The notes under the pieces are model-generated. The model was not told the DNA's origin. It saw only the letters and a list, made by a program, of their open reading frames with translations, and ran no database searches. Below, one piece after another: positions 48,271 through 54,379 of a DNA stretch of 64,000 nucleotides (positions are counted from its first letter, which is position 1; each line of letters begins with the position of its first letter). The stretch lies in contig UQFO01000006.1 in NCBI GenBank assembly GCA_900540275.1, forward strand, positions 34,835 to 98,834, in the 5' to 3' direction. The translations under genes and the position numbers were made by a program. The stretch is from an uncultured Oscillospiraceae bacterium (GTDB lineage: Bacteria > Bacillota > Clostridia > Oscillospirales > Acutalibacteraceae).

Positions 48271-48496
48271 TATATCACCTCACTTTCCGGAATCCACAAA
48301 TAAATTATAATAGCAATGGAACCCGAGAAGTTGAAAACTTGAAAAAAGCTCACCAAAAAATGGAAAAATTTTATTAGATTCAAAAAGTGGTTTAAAATAA
48401 GTACCACTCCCGAAAAGTACTCCATGAGATGGTTCTTAGTTAGCGGAGTAGGTGGGATTGGTACTTATCATACTTGTTTAATTGTAGTCGGTTCTG

Positions 48497-48648
48497 TATT
48501 ATGTAATGTTTTGAACCGCGGTGAGACGTTCTATAATACATGTTTGTAAAATTCACCGCCGCTTGAAAGGCAGATGCGCGCATGGTATAATATTTACGCC
48601 GTCATTGCCCTGCAATGGCTGGTGTGTTGGGGGAGCGGCCTATCCTTT
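48497..48648. repeat. Second copy of the 47641-48054 segment, carrying an internal deletion of about 273 bp that removes the IEELYYGNINP-protein gene
   Basis: 48497-48542 matches 47641-47687 and 48539-48632 matches 47961-48054, with a few substitutions. Confidence 0.8.
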
Positions 48649-48679
48649 CGTCGGGGAACCGCTTCTCCGCTTTTATTTG
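48598..48679 (+). ncRNA. Candidate antisense small RNA, copy 2 (about 80 nt), convergent with RHH gene B
   Basis: Promoter TTGAAA (48563-48568), 17-nt spacer, TGgTATAAT (-10 at 48586-48591). The 5' hairpin is identical to copy 1. Terminator stem GGGGGAGCGG (48629-48638)/CCGCTTCTCC (48659-48668) plus GCTTTTATTTG, which overlaps the RHH-B stop codon. Confidence 0.45.
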
Positions 48680-48843
48680 TGGCTTAAAACCAGCTCAAGT
48701 CCCGCGCGGACTACATCCGTTTTAGTGAGATGGTTTTCTTTGCAGTACTGTTCCAGAAGATTGTTTGTACTCTGGTCAATACGCGCTTTCACCTCATATG
48801 ATTTGGGATTTGCTGATTTTGGTCTGCCGGTTCGTGGATTCAT
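48673..48843 (-). CDS. Ribbon-helix-helix (CopG-like) protein, copy B (56 aa)
   Basis: MNPRTGRPKSANPKSYEVKARIDQSTNNLLEQYCKENHLTKTDVVRAGLELVLSHK. The GAGGTG RBS is placed as in copy A. Confidence 0.7.
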   Translation of the reverse strand: MNPRTGRPKSANPKSYEVKARIDQSTNNLLEQYCKENHLTKTDVVRAGLELVLSHK

Positions 48844-48972
48844 CAAAACACCTCGCTTTCTGTTCCACACATTAGAATTATATCTGGTTGTGGCACAAAA
48901 AGTTCAAAACTTGAAAAACGCTCACCCAAAAATGGAAATAGCGCTTTTTTAGCTTTAATAAGTACCGCCGTC

Positions 48973-49236
48973 ACGTAGAACTCCGCGCGCAGGCGCGGCG
49001 CTGAAACGTCCCGCAGTATCTGTTCTACGCCCCGTACATTAAACGAGGAACGGCATGGTTTCTATCGTGTGGGGTTTGTAAGGGGCGCAGCCCCTTGCTC
49101 GGCTGGAAAGGGTCAAGGGAAAACCTGCGACGAGGTTTTCCCTGTCGATGAAAAGGGTTTGCAAAAGGGAAAAACAGAGAATTGTTTTTCCCTTTTGATT
49201 GAACATAGAAAGTTTTATGAAAAAACCCAAGAAACG
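48973..49236. repeat. Right arm (IR-R) of the long imperfect inverted repeat
   Basis: See IR-L. Contains hairpins at 49117-49142 and 49167-49192, the latter followed by TTTT. Confidence 0.85.
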
Positions 49237-49264
49237 GCATGTTTCAAATAAAAAGCCATGAAAT

Positions 49265-49363
49265 GGCACGTTGCAAAAAAAGAAGGAGGGAACCGCCGAA
49301 ACGGTTTCTCTTCTTTTGATTAAAAATAGAAAGTATCATGAAAAATCCAAGAAGAATGCTTCG
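49265..49363. repeat. Additional copy of the dispersed hairpin-plus-tail repeat unit
   Basis: 49265-49306 nearly matches 16345-16385. The tail TTGATTAAAAATAGAAAGTATCATGAAAAATCCAAGAAGAATGCTTCG parallels 49196-49241. Confidence 0.6.
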
Positions 49364-49484
49364 AAAAAGCTGATGAAAATTCAGGAAAGCAACATGTCAA
49401 AAAGTTTATTGCAAGCAAAAAACGCCGGGGCTTTGTGCCTCAGCGTTTTTTAATGTGTGTGTTTATCGAAAATTTTTCTAAAAA

Positions 49485-50399
49485 TTATTCCATCGGGTCC
49501 TGGTACGGGTTATCCGCGTCGTTGCTGGATGCGTCGGTTACGGGCTGCGTTTCAGCTTCTGTGGGTTTTTCGTATACGCCAAGGCTTACAAACTTAACCC
49601 CTTCGGTGTTTTTTGCAATTTCCTGCGCGGGCGATCCGGTATATCCCTTGATAATCTGTAGGGAAGGGCAGTTCCAAACCATCGTCTGATCGCCTGTTTC
49701 AAGGTTTTTCGGGAGCGTCAGCGTTTTAAGGTTCGTGCAGCCCAGGAAGACAGAGGAACCCATCTGCGTTACGCTGTCAGGAATCGTCATTTCCGTGAGC
49801 CCGGTACAGCTCTGGAACACATAATCACCGATTTTCGTTACGCTGTCGGGGATTTTAATACTCTTGAGCTTTGAACAGAAGGCAAATCGGCTGTTCTGCA
49901 AAACGGTTACAGTGCTGGGAATTTCATAGGTTTCCGCGCTGCGCTCAATCGGATAAGCGATAATATCCTTTTTGTCCTTGGAATAAAGAATGCCGTCTTC
50001 TGAAACAAATGCCGTGTTTTTGCTGTCTGCGGAGATTTCTTCAAGTCCCATCACACAATAAAAAGCGTGCGTGTCGATGTCTGTAATCGTCGCGGGAATC
50101 GTGATTTTTTTGACCGTCTTTTCCTTTGTATCGGTAAAGGCTTTTGATAGGATTTTCGTTACCTTGGCATCGTCTATTTTTTCCGGGATGACGACGTCGG
50201 CGTTTTTGCCGATATATTTTGTCAGCTCGATATGCGTCTTGTAGACGTCATATTCATATTCACCGTTCGAGGTACTTCCAACATAATCCGGGTTTGCGGC
50301 CTTTGCCTGGTCTATCGTCATATTGCCTTTGTCTGAGCATCCTGCAAGCACGCCCACGAACAGCAAGACAGACAGGAACAGCGCTGCTAACTTCTTCAT
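49485..50399 (-). CDS. BspA-type leucine-rich-repeat surface lipoprotein
   Basis: Lipobox LAGCSD. Repeated LRR units (IPDSVTKIGDYVFQSCTGLTEMTIPDSVTQMGSSVFLGCTNLKTL). The ATG at 50399 follows GGAG. Confidence 0.8.
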   Translation of the reverse strand: MKKLAALFLSVLLFVGVLAGCSDKGNMTIDQAKAANPDYVGSTSNGEYEYDVYKTHIELTKYIGKNADVVIPEKIDDAKVTKILSKAFTDTKEKTVKKITIPATITDIDTHAFYCVMGLEEISADSKNTAFVSEDGILYSKDKKDIIAYPIERSAETYEIPSTVTVLQNSRFAFCSKLKSIKIPDSVTKIGDYVFQSCTGLTEMTIPDSVTQMGSSVFLGCTNLKTLTLPKNLETGDQTMVWNCPSLQIIKGYTGSPAQEIAKNTEGVKFVSLGVYEKPTEAETQPVTDASSNDADNPYQDPME

Positions 50400-50480
50400 T
50401 TTACCCAACTCCTGCATGAGATTTATTTCCATAGGTTTTATTTTACCATAAAGGATATGATTTCGTAAAGAATGTGAAAA

Positions 50481-51365
50481 TTATTCTTTATCAAAGTTCC
50501 TGCGACCCATAAAGACAAGCGCGAGCATCCCCGCGCCGACATGCGTTCCGATGACCGGCCCAATATCGCAGATAATAATATTTTTTACAAGCTCCTGCTC
50601 ATTTATCATGGCCGCAAGCCTCTGCGCGTCCTCCAGGCAGTCGGCGTGTCCAATGATAATATCCTGTTCCTTCGTGTTTTCACCGTCTGAAACCAGCCGG
50701 TTGGCAAGCGTTTCAAGCGCTTTGTTTGAACCCCTGATTTTTGCAATTGTCGTAAGCTTGCCTTCATTGTCCACGCTCAAAAGCGGCTTAATCTGAAACG
50801 CTTTGCCGAACGTCGCGGCAACCGCGCCGATTCTCCCGCCGCGCTTCAGATGCTCCAAATCGTCTACGACAAACCAATGGCAGACGTTCAGCTTGTTGTT
50901 TTCCACCCATTTCGCAAGGTCGTCAAGCTCCATGCCTTCGCGGCGTTTTAATGCCGCATTGTATACAAGGAGCCCTTCGCCTACGGATGCGCACAGGGAA
51001 TCCACCACCGTAATTTTACGCTGCGGGTATTTTTCCCGTAAATCCGCTACGGCAATCTGGCAGGTGTTGTAGGTACCGCTCATGCCGGAGGTAAAGCAGA
51101 TATATAAAATATCTTGTCCCTGTTCAAGGAACGGTTTGAAAAAGCTTGTAAACGTTTTGTAGTTGATTTGGCTCGTTGTGGAGAACTTGCCCTGGCGCAT
51201 TGCGTCGTAAAAGTCCTGGTACGACAGCTCCCTTGCGTCCGCATAGTGCTTATAAGGCGTTCCCTCGAGCGTGAATTCCATCGGGATTACGTGAATGTCC
51301 AAATCCCTGCAGCACTGCGCGTTTAAATCGAGCGTGCCGTCGGATACGATAGCATACTGGTTCAT
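50481..51365 (-). CDS. DegV family fatty-acid-binding protein
   Basis: YAIVSDGTLDL N-terminus, TSQI motif, typical size. The ATG at 51365 lies 6 nt after GGAGG. Confidence 0.85.
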   Translation of the reverse strand: MNQYAIVSDGTLDLNAQCCRDLDIHVIPMEFTLEGTPYKHYADARELSYQDFYDAMRQGKFSTTSQINYKTFTSFFKPFLEQGQDILYICFTSGMSGTYNTCQIAVADLREKYPQRKITVVDSLCASVGEGLLVYNAALKRREGMELDDLAKWVENNKLNVCHWFVVDDLEHLKRGGRIGAVAATFGKAFQIKPLLSVDNEGKLTTIAKIRGSNKALETLANRLVSDGENTKEQDIIIGHADCLEDAQRLAAMINEQELVKNIIICDIGPVIGTHVGAGMLALVFMGRRNFDKE

Positions 51366-51495
51366 TGACAACCTCCAAATATGAATTGCTGTAATTGTAC
51401 CATAATTTCACAGGTGATACAATCACAAAATTCAGAATATACTGATAAGAAGCGATGGTCTTATTCATTTGTCTTACGGAAAGGGTGGTCGTTAT

Positions 51496-51786
51496 ATGAA
51501 TTGCCGTATTGTTGACATGCGCCATAAAGAAGTGATTAACGCAAAGGACGGAATGCGCCTGGGCTTTGTCGATGACGTAGAGGTGGACACCTGCACGGCC
51601 AAGCTCGTGGCTATCATCATCTATGGGCGCTTAAAGCTGCTCGGGCTGTTCGGCCGGTGCGACGATATCGTAATCTGCTGGGACGAAATCGAGTTGATTG
51701 GGGAAGATACCATCCTCGTCAACCACTGCTGCAAGGATAAGAAAAAGCGGAAATTCAAAAACCCGTTTGTCGGCTTTACCCGCTGA
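51496..51786 (+). CDS. YlmC/YmxH family sporulation protein (PRC-barrel)
   Basis: KEVINAKDGMRLGFVDDVEVD...IVICWDEIELIGEDTILV. Confidence 0.75.
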   Translation: MNCRIVDMRHKEVINAKDGMRLGFVDDVEVDTCTAKLVAIIIYGRLKLLGLFGRCDDIVICWDEIELIGEDTILVNHCCKDKKKRKFKNPFVGFTR

Positions 51787-51849
51787 CAGCATCCTGCAAG
51801 CTATAAAACATAGGGAAGCGCCGCGTTAAATACGGTAAAAACATTCGGA

Positions 51850-51887
51850 AGCCGGCATGGCAAAACAGGCTGTGCCGGCTTTTATTG
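51850..51887 (+). terminator. Intrinsic terminator
   Basis: AGCCGGCA...TGCCGGCT followed by TTTATT. Confidence 0.6.
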
Positions 51888-52135
51888 TGTTATGTTTATT
51901 TTTGACGCCCTTACTTTGGCCTATGCTGTTTTCCTGAAACAACAGTGGCTTTTCATTGTCTTGCAGCCGGACAGCAACACGATAATGCAAATTTCCGTGC
52001 TTTTTAAAGCCTAATACGCCTTTTTTCATGAAATTCAGCCGCGTTGCCGCGAACAGGTACAGCGCCCCTGTCCACGCGCAGATTACCGCATGGCAGAAAA
52101 CCGCATTGCAATCGCAAAATACCAGAAAAAAAGAC

Positions 52136-52164
52136 TTGCATTTAAAAAAGCGCTGTGCTATAAT
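52136..52164 (+). promoter_or_regulatory. Strong sigma-A-type promoter of rpsB-tsf
   Basis: TTGCAT (52136-52141), 17-nt spacer with TGc, TATAAT (52159-52164). The leader of about 100 nt contains the palindrome CCGTTTTTAAAAACGG. Confidence 0.65.
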
Positions 52165-52271
52165 ATTCAGGCATTACGCACGCCGGTGCCGCGCCGGAAG
52201 GGTGCCGTTTTTAAAAACGGTTGTTCCGGTCTGGGCCTGGCGGAGGAAAAAAACCTAAGGAGGACACAACA

Positions 52272-53018
52272 ATGGCAGTCGTATCTATGAAACAACTTTT
52301 GGAGGCAGGCGTACATTTCGGCCACCAGACAAGAAGATGGAACCCTAAAATGGCGGAATACATCTTCACCGAGCGCAACGGAATCTACATTATCGACCTG
52401 CAGAAGACGGTCAAAAAGCTGGAGGAAGCATATTCCTTCGTCCGCGACCTTTCCATGGAAGGAAAGAGCCTTCTGTTCGTCGGCACAAAAAAGCAGGCGC
52501 AGGACTCCGTGAAGGAGGAAGCCGAACGTGCGGGCGCATATTATGTCAATGCGCGCTGGCTCGGCGGCATGCTCACAAACTTTACAACCATTAAAAGAAG
52601 AATCGAACGCTTAAAGCAGCTGCGTACGATGGAAACCGACGGAACCTTTGAACTGCTCCCGAAAAAAGAGGTCATCAAGCTGAACCTCGAAATCGAGAAG
52701 CTCGAAAAATTCCTCGGCGGCATTAAGGAAATGAAGCAGATGCCCGGTGCGCTCTTCATCGTCGATCCCCGCAAGGAAAGAATCGCCGTTGCGGAAGCAA
52801 AGAAGCTCGGCATTCCAATCGTCGCTATTGTCGATACCAACTGTGACCCGGACGAAATCGACTATGTAATCCCGGGCAATGACGACGCAATCCGTGCCGT
52901 CAAGCTGATTGCCGCTACCATGGCGAACGCCGTCATCGAAGGACACGAAGGCCAGATGGGCGCCGCAGCCAGGGAAGAGGAAGAAAAGGCTGAGGAAGAG
53001 GCACCAGCCCAGGCATAA
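52272..53018 (+). CDS. rpsB: 30S ribosomal protein S2
   Basis: [32 protein letters not shown]. Confidence 0.96.
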   Translation: MAVVSMKQLLEAGVHFGHQTRRWNPKMAEYIFTERNGIYIIDLQKTVKKLEEAYSFVRDLSMEGKSLLFVGTKKQAQDSVKEEAERAGAYYVNARWLGGMLTNFTTIKRRIERLKQLRTMETDGTFELLPKKEVIKLNLEIEKLEKFLGGIKEMKQMPGALFIVDPRKERIAVAEAKKLGIPIVAIVDTNCDPDEIDYVIPGNDDAIRAVKLIAATMANAVIEGHEGQMGAAAREEEEKAEEEAPAQA

Positions 53019-53116
53019 AGATAAACGCGGCTTGTTCGGGCGGGTACTCGTGCCTGCCCGAATCATATATATGAACAGAAAATAAATTATTTTATATATA
53101 GGAAAGGATGTTTACA

Positions 53117-54025
53117 ATGGCTTTTACAGCACAGGACGTTAAAGCTTTAAGAGAGAAAACAGGCTGCGGTATGATGGACTGCAAAAAGGCGCTTACCGAG
53201 GCCAATGGAGATATGGACGCTGCTGTTGATTTCCTGAGAGAGCAGGGGCTTGCAAAGCAGGCGAAGAAGAGCGGCAGGATTGCTGCGGAGGGCGTTGCGT
53301 TTGCATGCACGAATGACGACGGCACTGTAGGCGTCGTTATCGAGGTCAACGCTGAAACCGACTTTGTCGCAAAGAACGCGGATTTCCAGGAATTTGTCAA
53401 GACCTGCGCGATGACTGTCATTGAGCAGAACCCCGCCGATGTCGACGCGCTGCTCGCATGCAAGGCTTCCGGCAGCGACAAGACGGTCGCCGAGCTTCTT
53501 CAGGATAAAGTCCTCACGATTGGCGAGAACATTAAAATCCGCCGTTTTGAGCGTTATGAGGGTACGGTCGTCACTTACATCCATGCTGCCGGCAGAATAG
53601 GCGTTATGGTTAAGTTCGATACAGACGTAGCTGATAAGGAAGGCTTTGCCGCCTATGCAAAGGACATCGCAATGCAGGTCGCGGCCGCAATGCCGCCGTA
53701 CCTCAATAAAGAGAGCGTGCCGGCCGACGTTATCGAGCATGAAAAGAAGGTTATGACCGAGCAGGTCTTGAACGAGGGCAAGCCTGCGCAAATTGCTGAG
53801 AAAATTGTCATGGGCAAAATCGGAAAATACTACAAAGAGAATTGCCTTGTTGACCAGGCGTTTGTCAAGGAGCCTGACCTGAGCGTTCAGAAGTATACCG
53901 AAAACACCGCAAAAGAGCTTGGCGGTTCCATTGCCATTACCGGATTTGTCCGCTTTGAAAAAGGCGAAGGCCTTGAAAAGCGCCAGGACAACTTCGCAGA
54001 AGAAGTTGCCGGTATGGTCAAATAA
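53117..54025 (+). CDS. tsf: Translation elongation factor Ts
   Basis: VKALREKTGCGMMDCKKALTEANGDMDAAVDFLRE (UBA-like N-terminal domain). Confidence 0.95.
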   Translation: MAFTAQDVKALREKTGCGMMDCKKALTEANGDMDAAVDFLREQGLAKQAKKSGRIAAEGVAFACTNDDGTVGVVIEVNAETDFVAKNADFQEFVKTCAMTVIEQNPADVDALLACKASGSDKTVAELLQDKVLTIGENIKIRRFERYEGTVVTYIHAAGRIGVMVKFDTDVADKEGFAAYAKDIAMQVAAAMPPYLNKESVPADVIEHEKKVMTEQVLNEGKPAQIAEKIVMGKIGKYYKENCLVDQAFVKEPDLSVQKYTENTAKELGGSIAITGFVRFEKGEGLEKRQDNFAEEVAGMVK

Positions 54026-54043
54026 AAAATTTGATTATTATGA

Positions 54044-54072
54044 AAAGCGCGTCCCTTGGGATGCGCTTTTTG
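54044..54072 (+). terminator. Intrinsic terminator after tsf
   Basis: AGCGC-GTCCCTTGGGAT-GCGCT followed by TTTTG. Confidence 0.6.
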
Positions 54073-54132
54073 CATGATAGCTTCAACTTTATTTATATTG
54101 ACTTGAAAATTAAAAATTGATATACTATATTA

Positions 54133-54255
54133 AGAATTTAAAATTTCAAAGAGCTGTATGTTCTGAGCTGATGCGGATTTTTTATCAGCGCTAATAAGCA
54201 GGGCCGTGCCTGCACAAATCACGCACCTCACTTGGCGGGGTGCGTTTTGTTTTGC
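54133..54255 (+). ncRNA. Orphan promoter-to-terminator unit: candidate small RNA or attenuating leader upstream of the EIIC-EAL gene
   Basis: Promoter TTGACT (54098-54103), 17-nt spacer, TATACT (54121-54126). Hairpins at 54167-54189 and 54198-54213. Terminator ACGCACC (54221-54227)/GGTGCGT (54239-54245) plus TTTTGTTTTG. Confidence 0.35.
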
Positions 54256-54379
54256 CGTGTCCGTAAGGCTTTTAATTGACAGGATTATCCAATAGTTTGT
54301 TGGAGTCGGCGGCTTTCTATTTTAATAAATATATGCTAAAATCAGTAATGACAATATCTGCCAGAGGGAGACGGGCTAA

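Larger units (their letters stand above)
46190..49480. mobile_element. Putative horizontally acquired cassette or degenerate mobile-element remnant; no integrase or transposase inside
   Basis: Several genes are visibly AT-richer than their surroundings. Small regulators (HTH, RHH x2) typical of plasmids/ICEs. Internal tandem duplication. Long flanking inverted repeats. Confidence 0.4.

Noticed and set aside
48270-48425. 51-aa Phe-rich minus-strand ORF ending in a TAATG overlap with RHH gene A
   Set aside because: The homologous stretch upstream of RHH gene B does not preserve the start or the hydrophobic character. The region contains the RHH promoter elements and is T-rich, so it is most likely non-coding.
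48138-48952. Plus-strand ORFs 48138-48377 (79 aa) and 48521-48952 (143 aa)
   Set aside because: They are antisense to the RHH genes and span promoters and terminators. They have no RBS and no motifs.
49025-49269. Three overlapping listed ORFs (49025-49240 minus, 49039-49269 minus, 49069-49251 plus)
   Set aside because: They lie entirely within the hairpin-rich inverted-repeat arm IR-R. They have no RBS, overlap each other on both strands, and are not preserved as ORFs in the IR-L copy.
51826-52029. 67-aa minus-strand ORF between ylmC and rpsB
   Set aside because: It has no RBS and no recognisable motif, and it overlaps a terminator. It could be a decayed gene fragment, but I cannot support it.
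54133-54255. c-di-GMP (GEMM-I/II) riboswitch upstream of the EAL gene
   Set aside because: There is no GNRA-tetraloop/receptor pair and no ACGCAAAGC-type conserved segments. Only generic hairpins and a terminator are visible.
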